Positions 49,089 through 62,720 of a DNA stretch of 64,000 bases are shown piece after piece (the first letter of the stretch is position 1; every line of letters begins with the position of its first letter). This DNA comes from Chlorokybus atmophyticus (taxonomy: Eukaryota; Plantae; Mesostigma and Chlorokybus algae). The stretch lies in the NCBI GenBank assembly GCA_009103225.1, contig RHPI01003488.1:124001-188000 (forward strand). The letters are read 5' to 3'. A model generated the notes under the pieces. It was given only the letters and a program-made list of their open reading frames with translations, did no database searches and had not been told where the DNA came from. Made by a program: the position numbers and the translations under genes.

Positions 49089-52000
49089 TCATGTCTTGTC
49101 CTTGTGTCGCCGGACTTTGCGTTCTCGGGTCTCTTTTGGGTCAAACCCAGCTTCTTCAGCACCAAATACGGCCCAAGACGGTGTTGGTGCCATGTAGTCC
49201 TCGCTGCCAAAGTCAACACCTGCTGGCAATAGTGTGAGCAGATCGCAAAGCCCTCAACATGCACTTGACTGGTGTGCAGCAATAACTCCCAAGTAGTCAG
49301 TGCATCTGCCGCGCTGTACTCAGACTGGCTGCCTTCTGTTTGGTAACATATTGTGCTCGTGAAAACGGGCATGCACAACTTGTCTCAGAACAACAGCGCC
49401 AACTCACAACCACAAGGCAGGCTGTGACTACTCTCAGCAGACACCGCATGCGTGTTCCAAGCTTTGAAGTGGCTGCGTTTGCAACCGACAGGCTATGATA
49501 GTCACCGCATCAAACATGTCAACGCCACTGCACCTGATTTGACAAGGTCATGGAACTGCTCGTAATCGATCCACGTGTGCCATTCACCATTCTTCAGAAA
49601 TTTGTTCTTGTTGGCCAGCAGCACACAGCACGAGTGCTCGTGCTCGCAGGCTAGGCCGTACACATCACCACAAGCCCGGCAGAGGGCATCAGAGAACCTT
49701 CGCACCTCTTCATGCCATGGCACATTTTGCATGGTAAGGTCTGAGGTGTTTGTGCTGCAGAGGAAGTCACACACAAAGCTGAATGATCAATAAACGTAAC
49801 ATATGCACCTTGTGCCATGGACATGCATGAGACCTTTGTGACAACCAAGTAGTGACATACCTCCCGCAGAAAGTCACACCCTTGATTTCTATGAAGTCTG
49901 GCTGCCCCAAGGCCACCAGGCTGGCATAGTTGTTGACCTCTTCCATGTTGTATCCCTTAACAAGGGTGAGGCGATATACTGTGCGCTGCCGCTTCAGATG
50001 CAGCAGTTGTAGACAGCTCTGCATCACAACACATGGTCACATGCGTTGTTGCAAGTGTGCTGATAAACCCATGACTTCGCACAAATTGTGCATAAAGTAG
50101 TCCACAACGCGGGAGGACTAGGGGTACCTGAAACCGTTCCCAGAAGTCTTTGAACAGAGGCCTGTCGATTGCTTTAAGGCTGTCCTGCGTCGCAGCATCA
50201 ACAGACACGTACAGCTGTGTCACAGGCGAGAGCTGCTGTATCCTATCTGGGAACTGGGCGTTGGTCACAAGAAACGTTGATATTCTCCGATCATGAAGCA
50301 TCCCCACCAGCTCATTTATCTGCGCACAAGTTTTCATGAAAACAGCAACAAATGCAGAGAGTACTCATATCAGAGGCCCATGTTGGTAATCTCACCTCAG
50401 GATACATGATGGGCTCGCCAACCAGGCTGAGGGCACAATGGCGAGGGTTTAAGCCCTCCTCAAGTCGCTCCGGTTTCACGCCTGGAACACCACGCATCTC
50501 TGCAATCATTCGCTTGTGATGGCTTAGGGCACCTTCCACGATGGCATCTGGAGGATCCATGGCCCACTTCCATGATGTGCCCACCGGGTTGCTGTGATGG
50601 CGCCAGCAGAACACGCACTTGTTGGCGCATGCCAGGGAAGGTGTTGCCTCCATACATCTGTGGCTTTCAATGCCATAGAATGAATGCTGCCATGCGCAAG
50701 AGGGCCTTGAGTTGCATTCAACAACTCAGCTTGCCTGCAGCACACCTTATCATGCGTCTACAGTGCTCACCTTGTAGCACCCACCTCGCCCTCTCAACTG
50801 TGCTTTTGTCCATCGACACAACTTAACACCGCTATGCGACCCCACAATCTTGTACCCTTGCTTTGTTAGAGCAGCACGCACAATCGGCGTGACCATCTCC
50901 TTGCTGGCCGTTCGCATCGGCTCTGTCGACTTGCCGGCTATGTCCTCCATGTCCACCACGTCATGCTGGTCCTCAGCATCTTCATCACCAATGTCACTGG
51001 AACCATCATCTTGCACCAACTGCGCAGGGTCAGGGATGGGTTGGGTGTGTCCTAATGTGCTCAGCAGGCTGGCACACCAGTCCTGAAACTCCTCGTCCAT
51101 ACGCCCGCCATCCTCGTCGCCTTCGCCCATGCGCAGAAGCCGCTTCGCTCCCAGCTTGCTCAACCACTTGTCAATAGACCTTGCCACGGTGTTGTAGTGT
51201 AGCTGATAAGCTCTGCTTCCCAGCCCAAAGCACGCGAAGGTTGTGCCCTGCAAGGACAAGCGCAGCTTCTGAGTAGCACACAAAGGTTTGACGTGCACAC
51301 GTGTTCTAACAATGACATGAAAGCGCACCTGCAGCAGACCCGATCCAACTCGGAAATCTGTAGCACTTTCCTCCAACCAACGGTAAAAAAAGGAAGCATT
51401 CTCTGGCGGGCTGCCATCTGAGTAAGTACTTGCTACTACAACTAATAACTTTTCCTTTGGCAGGTCCTCAGGCTCGAAGACACTTGCGCTGGTAACCTAA
51501 GTGGCGTGAAGAAGCATGTGCAGCAGTTGATTGTATTTCGTTGGCAGCCATCGCCAGCATTGAAACAAGCACAGCTCTCACAAGCATACCTTCATTCCCA
51601 ACTTGAGAGCCCTGGCTTTTGCAGCCAACTGCAGAGCGTACTTTTTGGCGCCCCCAGACTGAGTTGCATAGATGACGAGTCCGCCTGCTGGTGGCGCTTC
51701 TGCAACAGCTTCCTGCTGTTTGCACGCGCAGGTGCTGGAACCTGCCTCGGTCTGGCAACATGACTCGTTGCCAGCTGGTTGATCCGTAGTAACAGCCGTT
51801 TGATGAACGACTACCTCACTGGGCTGCGCTGTGTTCTTCTGCTTAAAAGCACCCTGTTTGCAAATCAGTGGATACCCAGTCATGAGCAATGCATGCAAGC
51901 CGTTACCACAAGCGACAGCCAGACAAATCATGGTTGCTAGCACTGGCCTGTGCTACAAGCTGCTAGTAGTTGAACAAGTGAGACTGTACAATTGGTACTT

Positions 52001-52480
52001 AATGTTTCGTCGTATCTTCTCTGCAACTCGAACAAGCATTGCCTAAGGTCTCATGCAAGACGACGCTGTGGTTGAACCAAAGCGAACACGGCCTGAGCGC
52101 GGGTCAGTAATGGATATATCTCTTGAATAAGTCAATCAAGGCTGGTGCATGAATTGGGGTTTGGTGCTTCTGGTTGCCTGACATGGTGCATGCATTGGAT
52201 GGCGGCTGTTTGGTCGGGCAAAGCAGCACCGAACTTGCCGGATTGCGACAGCTACGTGGTTGCAATGCCCAAGACAAGTCACATATGCACTGCATGTTGA
52301 TACCTGCGCAGGCGTTGACAACTTCTTGCCACGCAGCTTCTTTTGCCCAGCGGCAACAGCTGTTTCCGCCGCGGCGGCGGCCGCTGCAGCCACTCTCCGG
52401 GCAATGCTCTTGTACAGCAGCAATGCAAGCGCAGCCAGGGACAACCATAGCACCAGCAACAGCACCCGTCCCACAGCCAT
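49089..52480 (-). CDS. TYW1: tRNA 4-demethylwyosine synthase (flavodoxin + radical SAM; multi-exon)
   Basis: N-terminal TM, flavodoxin YATQSGGAK, QGYKIVGSHSGVKLCRWTK, CANKCVFCWRH (CxxxCxxC), HCALSLVGEP, TFLVTNAQFP, YMAPTPSWAVFGAEEAGFDP. Confidence 0.95.
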
Positions 52481-52555
52481 TGCCTCTCCTTCCCTTCTAC
52501 GTCATCCTCCGCGTCCCCTTGCTCCTCACCGCCGCCACCGCCGCCGCGGGCGCCA

Positions 52556-52564
52556 AAACCCTAA
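52556..52564 (+). promoter_or_regulatory. Telo-box (AAACCCTAA) ~80 bp upstream of the TYW1 start
   Basis: Exact match upstream of a translation-related gene. Confidence 0.4.
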
Positions 52565-53321
52565 GTTGCCAAACAGCACGTGAGCTCAACTGCACGACAC
52601 ACAAGGGACCCCTTGAGTCAACATAGCTAGCAGTGAAACATGTAAGCCCTCTGCGAGTCACAGCCTGATTTGGTCAGAGACATGCTGGTGTGGCAGGGAC
52701 CCCTAATGCGAACTGTTGTGAATTCTGATGTTACCATTCAGTCAGTCACTGAATCACTGAGGCGGATGCGAATGTGCGAGAGTTGCTTGAGCCTGTGAGC
52801 CACTGCCACGCGGCATTCTAGCGAGACTCCTTAGTAAGGCGGTCGGTGGCGGTGGCGGTGGCAGTGGCGGTGGTACAGCCGCTGTCGTTGTCGTCGCTGC
52901 CATTGTGGTTCGTGTCGTTCCTGTGATCAAAGTGTGCGAGTTGCTGGCGCCAGCAGTGTCCTCCAGTTTTGTAGGCGCTGCTCACATTGCGCAGTGGTGG
53001 GTGTGGTGCTGGTGTCGACCTGGCTTATTAGGGATTGCTTGTGATGGGTCGCCGCACGTCCTAACGCGCAGCTCCGGCCTGGTCAGGCCTTGCCTCTGTG
53101 TGGCCAGGTACTGGCGGGCACGTTGTTGCACTTGTGTCGGGATGTGAGTTCTGTCCCGTAAGAGTAAGACTGGTTCAGTACATGCGGCGTGTTAATTGCT
53201 TTCTTCATACAAGCACCCCAACTGCATGCTTCACGTTAGTGTTGCGTCAATTGACTGCCTGCCTACACTCAGACCGTGTTGTTGCTACGTCAGGCCATTT
53301 AAGTAGTAGGGGTCATTAATC

Positions 53322-55722
53322 ATGGCAGCGGAGGGAATGAAGCTGCTGTACTACCTCCCCCCTGACATGGTTCGCATAAAGGCGCCCCAACACTCTAAGG
53401 TGGACTTCTACAAGGTTTTTGGCAAGAAAGCAGCGAGAGGCAATGCCGACCGCGATAAGCTCCTGTCGGAACTCACTGAGGCAAGCTGTGCATACCAATA
53501 GTTGTCATCTTTATGCACCACCAGTTGATGAACTGCAAACAGCAATTTGTCACTCACCTGTTACCCCCGTAGCTCTTTCTTGCATGCTTGCCCCATCAGG
53601 GTCAGTCAGTGTTGTGAGACGCATGCCCGATGGTTTGTTGACTTTCTGTCGCTCTCCCAACAGCTCCGTGTTGCTCTTGCGGAATTACTCGCTGAAGTGA
53701 AGCCCCTGGAGGTGGGTTATGCTGTACTTGTATGTATTGTCGCGAACGGGCTTGTCGCCCAACTTCACTACAAAAACCTTATCAGCCTGACCACATATAG
53801 CCCCGTCCCCTTGCAGTCTGTCACTGCAGGGGAGTACATGTCCAAGCTGAATGACTACTTGGCGCGATTTCGGGGGTTTGTCGACACCCCCAGCAATGTT
53901 GCAGACGCTGCACCATCTGCAGCTGATGCCAGCCCTGCACCATCTTCAAGGTACGGTCTGCTTGTCAGCAAGCATGACGTTGTTTCTGGCATCGGTAATG
54001 GTGATTGTTGCATGGCTGCCAGTTCTCAGCGGTCTGCTGCATGTGTCAGACACATTGTTGCTCTTCGTAAATACTTGTGAAAATGCCATTGCTTTAGCCA
54101 TAGGCGCATAAATGTCAGAGCCCAGCATGTATTCACACAATCACCACGCTTGTAGAAGTTGCGTTTCTGCGACCTTAATGTTTATTACATCTGCAGTGAG
54201 CACGTTGGCAATTCCTCATTGCGATACGGCGCACACTGGAGTTGGAACAAGCTCTACGGGCTTGAGTACAAGGCCTTGCCGCAGTTGGAGCGAGACGCGC
54301 AGTATGAAATTACGTCCATGTTGATTGGCGCGGCTGGTTGGCATTTAGCCAAAGCTTCTTCCATTGCGCGCAATGCAGACACTAGCCTCACTGAAGCCCA
54401 GAGTAAAGAGCTTTACGCTGTGCTTCGCGTTGCTGCTGGGCTGTACGGCCGGTGCGCCACCAATGAAGCACCTCTGTTGGGTGGCGCATCCAACAGTACA
54501 GATGTACCTGTTGAGTACCGGTCTTCGGCATTGCAATCGCTGCAGATGTTGTGTCTTGCTGAGGCCCAAGGCGTATCCATCGGTCGGGCGTTCTGCAGCG
54601 GACACGACGTCAAGTTGATATCCTCTCTGAGCATTGACACTGCCAACATGTATGCGGAGTCCTCGAAGCTCATGCAAACTGCTGCCCCGGCTGACTCAGC
54701 CATCCAGAAGCATGTTGCTTACTGCGCTGCCAAGAGCGACATGTACAACGCCTTGGCACACGCAGCGTTTGGCAGAACGCTTCTGGCTGAAGAAAAATGT
54801 GGGGATGCTGTCGCTTGCGGAAAGCATGGAGCCGGGTTAATAGAGTCCGCGACGGTCAGTGCCAAGAAGTTTGATAGGATAGCGCCTGCTTCCAAGCAGA
54901 AGTACTGGCTGTCTCATTATTACCAGTGGATCTCAAAGACAGTGGCAAACGCCTTGCGTGACTTTGAGCGCCAGAACTCCATTATCTACTTCGCCAAAGT
55001 CCCGGCCGTGCCACCCGAGCTTGGAGCAGCCAGGCGCGTGGCCAAAGAGGAGCCTTACTTCCTTCCACAGCATGATGCTCGCTGGACTTTGGACTTGGTG
55101 GGTTCAGTTAACGCAGCACAAGGTTCTGCAACTGCTCCTAGCGCACCGGCGCATGTTGTTTTGAATGTGTCCAATGGGGCCACAAGTGAAGCACCAGCAG
55201 CACAAAGCGTTATGGGCACTGTGGCCCCGCCAGCAAGTGCACCTGCACCGTCCGCTCCCAAACCTGATATCGAGGCTGGCAAGAAGCCAGCAGCAGATGC
55301 AGAGAAACAGGAGAAGAAGAAAGAGGTAGGTCTTGTTATCCCACTCATAAGCATATAAGTGCTGTGCTTTGCTACAGTTGTAGTTGGTCGGATTCAATGT
55401 GCTTGTGCTATGGTATAACTGTCACTTTGATGGTTCCATTCGCTCTGTCAACAGAGCAACAGTTGTTCAGTCTACACACGAGCTCGTGCGGAGACTTATG
55501 CGCTGTTGTTTGCAGTTTTCTTGCTGGCGCTGCCTTTTGCTCTGCATCGCATCCCCAGCGCTGCTGCTTATATCCCTGATTGGCATTGTGATATGGATTC
55601 TACTGCTTCCTGTCAAGATCATCTGCTGCCCCATTGGCTGCGTCGCCCAATTGGTGGTCAACGTTTTTGAAGAGGTTGTCAAGCTGCCCTTCAAAGCGCT
55701 TGAGTGGGCCGCCAAGACGTGA
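53322..55722 (+). CDS. BRO1/BROX-like protein with C-terminal Cys-rich hydrophobic tail (multi-exon)
   Basis: SLRYGAHWSWNKL...DAQYEITSML, LRVAAGLY, LCLAEAQGVSIGRA, ERQNSIIYF, Pro/Ala linker. The last exon 55516-55722 splices in phase 0. The first intron appears to have a GC donor. Confidence 0.8.
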
Positions 55723-56313
55723 TGGTTATGTACATAGACAGGTTGGTATGTATGATAGACAATAATTGCGAAGGGGCAGCATTGCAGTCTGCCTCACCAT
55801 CCAGCAGCCACCTTGGTTCTGGTGCCACTAGCAGCATTGTGATGTTGCCATGGCGCAACTTGCTTAGGGTTAACCAGTCCTTGATAATTTGATCTTGTTT
55901 CTTTCGCTACACGGTTGGTTGGCGTCTGTCTTGTTTGATGTGCACATCAGTGTCAGTTTTTGTCTAAGCGTGTAGAGTTCCGCAGCTTGAGTGGCAGCGT
56001 TCTGAGTGCCAAGTGCCAGTGACTGCCAGGCGTGCACTGCATTCCTACAACAATATACATACATGTGCTTGCTGTGTCCCTGAGGGGGCCAGCACACACA
56101 CTCTTGTACTTGCTGCTTGCTGCCTTGCTAGCTACTGACGCTAACTTGCACTACCTTGACAGTGTTCAGTTGCCTTGCCGTTGTGTGTGTCATTGTTGTA
56201 GGTCGTTAGGTTGTTTGAGTCCACGGGCGTGCCATTGTCTTTGCTTAAACATATGTGTCAGGCCGCCCAAGTTTGACATTGGAATCCCAATTGAATGAGT
56301 GCTACCTGTTGAG

Positions 56314-59265
56314 TTACCATCTGCCTACAAGAGCATTACGATTGCGAGCATGCGCCCCATTCCTGAGCATCACCCTCCGTCTGGCCGCTTCAATGTGGGA
56401 GTCCCTTTCGCCATCAGCGGCGTCCTGAGGGTACCTAATTCTCCGGACGGTCGACACGTCTCTGCCCACTACCATCTTGTTGCTCCGTCTCTGGTCGCTC
56501 GGCAGCTGCGCAATGCCCCCCTTGTGCAAGCCGACAGTGCGGCCAGTTCCCTCTCGCACCCACTGTTCACTTACGCGCACATACTTGATTGTCTCCCTTT
56601 TGTACCTGCAAACGCACAGTAAACGTGATACATGCATTGCTTGCTCATGCTGCCTTAGTGGCAACGCACATACATGCGTGCGCATATGCACATGGGCGCG
56701 GTCCCACATCATACACACGTGTGCATGCACGCGAACAGAGACACGCGCACACAGAGACACGCGCACTGACACAAACACAGGGCTTACGTGTAGCTGACGT
56801 GAATGTATCCGTCTTCTGTCTGCACGACCGAAGGATAACTGAACTCTCCTCCCTGCCACGACACAACAATGGTTACTTGTGCTCTTCATTGCTCATGCCC
56901 TCTCGTACGCAAGCGCGACTCAAGTCCACACGTACATATATGCCGTCTTCAAGGTCGCGGACGTGTGGCCACGTGATGCCATCATCGTAGCTCAACGCAA
57001 TGCTAGCTGGCTTTCGGGCATTGCGTGCATTGTTGAAGATCATCACAAGCGCACCGCTCAACAGTCTGAGAGCCTGCGTGCAAGTGTGTTAGCTAGCAAC
57101 ACGCATGAGATGATCATGGTGATGCTAGTCAACACTTGCAGTCACAGGACAAGGAAAAGATGTTGTCTACCTGTATGCCGCTGTTGTTGTTGGGCAGAAC
57201 AGTCTTCTCAGCCTTGGTCCAGGTCCTCCCCTGGCAACAATCCCAAGCACTCATCAGGTATGTCCAGAAGACAACTCATGTGTTGGTTTAAACATGACCT
57301 GATTGCGTGGTACCTTGTCTGTGGAGGTGCTGCGGTAGATGAAGTCTGAGCGCCTGCTACGGAAGAATGACACCAGCACAGTGTCAGATGTGCCGGGACT
57401 TGGCTTCACCACAGAAGGCTGCGCCAACATGTCCCCTGCAGTTAGAACCCATTGCTTTACAAATCAGTAACGTAGTTGATCATCTTCGTTGGTGGCGTCA
57501 TCATCATCATCGTCAATATCACATTTGTATCATTTTCATTACCTGGTGCTGTCATAGGGAACTCCTGCCATGTATCGCCGCCATTGTTGCTAACCTTAAG
57601 CACGCAGTAGTGGCTGGCGTAATCTTCGTAACCACCTGGACAACAGAACAGACGTTACCAAGGCGGGTCTGTAAACTTTTGCAGCACATAAACACACAGA
57701 CACGGGCTTGTTGTCGTATGTTACCTGGCGTGTAGTACATGGGCAATAGAAGCTCCCCATCATCGCTCCAAACCAGTTGATTCTTGGTGAAGGCACCCTG
57801 GGTTGATGGGATTTCAGTGTTTGCAGAAGTGTCTCAATAACAGGACTGGCAGTTATGTACATGTTGGCGAACTACCAACTTGTCACAGGTGCACATGGCA
57901 ACGCAATGATGCAGATATAGACAAGCCACAAAGCTTGCAAAGGACCTTCTCAGTGAACACAATTTGCGGTTCGCTCCACGTCAGCCCGCCATCGGAAGAT
58001 ACAACGTGCCGCACGTCGGAGGTGCCCTGACCCTGCCACGCCAACTGCCATGCAAACAATAGTGTCTCAGTCACTAGGACAGACACAAACGCACACAACC
58101 GTGCTCACGCTTGCACAGAACCGCCCTTGCACTTAGTCACAGTGAACCTGTGACGTGTGTAGAAGATGTACTCTCCGTCTCCCACTCTCACCCTCCATTT
58201 CATCCAACCACATGACAGGGTTCTGCGCAGAGCGACCAGGAGCATGCGAGGCCGAGACCGGCGCCGACCACTTCTGATCAACATGCTCCATTCCAGGTTC
58301 CAGCCTTGACACAACCTGTCACAATCAATGCATGAAGCTGTAAGACTGCAACACACACGCACGCGCACATGGTTGTATACTTGACTGTAATATTAGTGGT
58401 TGATTCGCTTACAATGCTGACATCATCGGAGCCTTCCACTCCGCTGAACCAGCAGGCGAGGAGTGTGCCTTGCGCGTCGATCACGAGCAGGTTGGAGGCG
58501 TGCGTCTGGCGCCCTGGCTGCTCCTCAAACAACGGAAGGAGCGAGGCGAACGGCCCAGACTGACCGAGGGCGTAGACTGCACCATCGGCCTGCACATGGG
58601 TTATGTGCGTGTGCCTACTGTGTTCACGTGTGCACGTAGGTGCCTGCCCGTGTATGTGTTGGTGCATGCGCGTGTGTTCGTTGGTGCGCACGAGAAACAT
58701 GTACGTTGCACGTGCACACCGACCGAACACACGCGCATGTACACATCTACTGACTCACTCTATATGCAAGAATATGTGTGCAAGCATTACCTCTGCTACA
58801 CACACGCATTGCAGTTACGAACAGCATGTGCAGCAAACTTCACCCGTACGCATGTTCGTCGGCGATGTCTGTTGATATGTGCAAAGCTCGCACCTGACAG
58901 TTTGTTGCCTGTTCAGGACAGCCCGACACGGGAATTGTTGGGTCCATGCATGGCGGGAAGGGTACATTACTCCGTGGATTGAGCTTGCGCTGCGCCATAA
59001 CTACAAAGACAACATACGCATTAAGTTGCTCATGTTCCTCAATGTCCATCCCATCAACATACACGAGCACAAGCGTACTGCTCAAAGCAGGTATACCTTT
59101 GTTGCTAATCACGTCGCCAGCAAACCTATTTCGCAGCAAGCTGCTCCACTGGTAGCCAGCTGTCAGTGCGAGGGCGGAGGCGAGGATAGCGAGGACGGTG
59201 ATCTTGAGGCAGGTTGCCAGGACGGGCGGTGAGGACGAAGGGGAGCCTGCCGTTGGTCGCCTCAT
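56314..59265 (-). CDS. BNR/Asp-box sialidase-like glycoside hydrolase, type II membrane anchor (multi-exon)
   Basis: THASNLL...LLACWFSGVEG, Asp-boxes SSDGGLTW and SYDDGITW, GAFTKNQ..LLLPMYY, PNNNSGI, RETIKYVRV. Confidence 0.8.
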
Positions 59266-60098
59266 TGTTTTGGGCTGGTAGGTCTGTTTGCCACAGGAAG
59301 ATAGGGGTTGGGACGTGAGCAGTCAAAGCAGAGAAAGTGCAGGCGTGTGTGCAGGTGCAGGTGCAGGTGCGTGTGTGCGTACACGCATGCGTGTGTGCAA
59401 ATTCTTCAGCCACATGCTTGTTCAGCTCGCAGTAGTCTGTACAGAGTTGATCGCTCCCGTGACTGTCTATGCTTGTGAAATATGACTTGTCTTGCCTGCC
59501 GATGCTACTTCTTGCATGAGCAAACTTCAGCACCAATGGAGCTGCTACTGCTACTTCTAGAGTCAGCCACTTCATCTAACTTGCATTATGCTATTGGTGC
59601 GGGTAATGTTGCAAATCACATTAGCTCACTCTTACAACCAGCAACACTCACCAGGCAATGCAGCACTTGAGCTCCTGCAAAGCAAGCACTACACTACAAG
59701 CACAAGCACACCAATCCCCCGCTTCCAGCTCAACCTGGCTAGCAATTGAAACCACTTTTACAAAAGAACAAAAACATCTACAGCTAGCGTCCACAACCAC
59801 AACCACAGGCAAGATGGCACCGCCCCTGCCAGCAGCAGCTCAGACAGACACTGCCACACAGTGCCACTCACTGACACTGCTCGCTCGCTCCCACTCTCAC
59901 ACAGTTAGCTCTGTAGTGCGCCCTTGTGCGGTGCGCACAACCCTGCGCTGTATTGGGTTTAGGCGAGAACAGGCCCTTGGGTTTAGCTGGTGGTGTTGCT
60001 GGCGGGGTAGCCGGCGGCGGTGTCGTTGGGCGGATGCTGCAGGCGAGGCTGGGTGTGCTTGTTGGCGTAGTGCAGCGGGACGGAGGTGCTAAGGCAGG

Positions 60099-62720
60099 AT
60101 GGCTGGAGCTGCCGCGTCGGATGCCGCCGTGCACGCGCTGGCCGGCGCAGGCGGAGGCATTGTTGCGCTGCTCGCTACCTATCCGCTCATGACGGTAATG
60201 ACATTGACAACCATGATTGTGATAATGTCTGCAATTGGTTCGCCTCAAGCTGTCCAATGAGAAAGTTGGGTTGTAGTTGCAATGGGTGTTTATGTAATAC
60301 CTTGTGTAACGGCTGTGGAGTGCTCCATAGTTTGAGCACACAGGGAAGGAGTTAAAGTAATCAGACAACTTTGGACTGCTGCGCAGATAAGTGCAGTTGC
60401 TCAGTAGCTTCTGTGACAAGTGGGTGTCTGAAGTAGTGAGTGGTTTGCGATGTGGTTATTCCTGTTGTTGAGCTGCATTATCTTTTCATTAAACAACTAC
60501 GGGTCGCAAACATGAAAGGAGTTACTTTGAACATGGCAAGCCACGAGCCTTCTTTATATGTGTTGGTACAACCTTGCATATGCGTCTGTGGCTGCAGCTA
60601 GCATCAGCAAATTCATCAATTTTGTATGCATGTGCTGTGTGTGTTAATTCTGCTTGCACACTGGCAGTTGAACCCATGTCTGTCGTTGCAGATCAACACT
60701 CTGCAGCAAACTGAAAGGAAAAAAGCTGCTGCAACAAGTCTCTCTGCTGCGCATTTGGAGGAAATCCAGGAAGAAGCTTGCGCGCCAATCGCCCTGCCGA
60801 GCACCAGCGCCTGGAGTCGCATCCTGCAGGTGGCTGTGGCCTCTGTTTGATGTGTGTTGTTGCTTGCATGGTAGCATATCAGCCTGATGATAAGCTTGCA
60901 GGTCATTAGAACTGAAGGATGGACCGCGCTTTATGCTGGCCTTAAGCCCGCCCTCATTGGGACCACCTGCTCACAGGTTTGGAGTGCAATGGCATTTGCT
61001 TGCCAGCAGCTGTTTGCAATGTTGACTGCATGTCAGTGGGAGTACTCACATCACAACTCTTATTGCACAGAGCGTGTACTATTACTTCTATTCTCTGTTC
61101 CGAAGCTTAGCCATAGCGCAGGCTAGAACATTGTTGGAGAAGCAGGGCAAGGCAGTGAACCGAGAGCCAACATTGAGCACGTTGACGTCGCTTTGCATAG
61201 CTTCACTCGCAGGGTAAGGTTGTAAAGGCGTCAAAGCGTTGCACTGTCTGAGGTCAACCTATGGAACAATTGCATGCTGGGGAGCATGCACGCATGCACG
61301 CACACACGTGCACGCATCACAGTTATGGTGGCAGACCACTTGTCACAGCCCTTGTATTGGTTGTAAGATGGGGTTGCCTGCAGGTGCTGCAATGTGCTTT
61401 GCACGAATCCGATATGGGTCATTGTGACGCGCATGCAGGTAATTGTGAGCTTCCCAGCAGGATGGGCCTTGTGTGGTCTCTAATCGGCGCATGTGCAGGG
61501 GCTCGTGTGCATATGACATCCTGCATGTTTGCAGGCGCAAAGCAAACATAACGGCACAAAAACTAGCAGCGCAACTGTGGTAGGTGGTAGATGGTTGCAA
61601 TATGTTATGGCAGTGCCAGTCATCTGCGGTTGAGATTGGCATGCAGGTAACATACAAACTGATCGCTGTTTGTTGAACAGATAAGAGACCTCTTTGGTGA
61701 AGCAGGCGTCCTGGGGTTTTGGAAGGGCGTGTTGCCTGCACTGATCATGGTATCGAGCACTCATGGTGTTGCATTGTTTCTGGGGGTTCTGTGTTCGCTT
61801 CAGCTGGATTTACTTGCACGGTAATGTGCTTCTTCCATTGGCGCATCAGAACATCTTGCAATGGCCCCATGTGCCTCCTGCAGGTCAGCAATCCTGCACT
61901 GCAATTCATGATATACGAGTACCTCAGCGCCGCAGTGCTCGCCCGTCGGAGGAGGAAGAGTCAGCAAACACACCTCACAAACACAGCCAGTGAGGTAATG
62001 TTATCGTTGTACGAGCGCCCTGTTTTACTTCACAATTGTTCATGGACGCTGACACACGTGTGCAGGTGTTTTTGAATGGTGCAGCTGGGAAGCTTGGGGC
62101 AACATTGGTTACTTATCCGTTTCTCCTGCTCAAAGTAAGACTTGAAAATGTGGCAAGTGTGTACAATGCACCATCAGCAAGTCCAGGGCAGCCAGCACTA
62201 ACACGAAGTGCATTGCAGAGTCGATTGCAAGCAAAGCAGGATGCAACGCTAGAGCGCCCATACACAGGTGATTATCCGTGCTGGTTGTGTTCAGACAATA
62301 GGGATATTCCTTATCCCAGCACTGGCTCAATTGCAACAATGGTGCATTGCAGGAACGCTGGATGCCATTGGCAAGATTGTCCGCAGTGAAGGCGTGCTGG
62401 GGTTTTACCATGTGAGTTGTGGTGCATGCAACTGCTTTTAGAAATTCAAAACAGGAAGAAAAACTCCATCGGATAACTCTCAATTGATTCTGTGTCAATC
62501 TGCTGCAGGGAATGAGCACAAAGATCGTGCAGAGCGTGCTGGCAGCAGCCATCCTGTTCATGGTTAAGGTAGGCTTACTGCTGAGTTTTTGTGGCTGCTG
62601 CGTTGTAGCGTGCTGTGCTGACAGTGGGTGATGCCTTGACAGGATCAATTGGTTAAGGCTGCAAAAGTGTTACTGTCTGCAAGGTCTACAGGGTTGAGGC
62701 GCATTGCGACGGCATTGTAG
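60099..62720 (+). CDS. PXN: Peroxisomal NAD carrier / SLC25A17-like mitochondrial carrier family protein (multi-exon)
   Basis: HALAGAGGGIVALLATYPL, EGWTALYAGLKPALIGT, NPALQFMIYE, TYPFLLLK, KIVQSVLAAAILFMVK|DQL. Confidence 0.88.
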
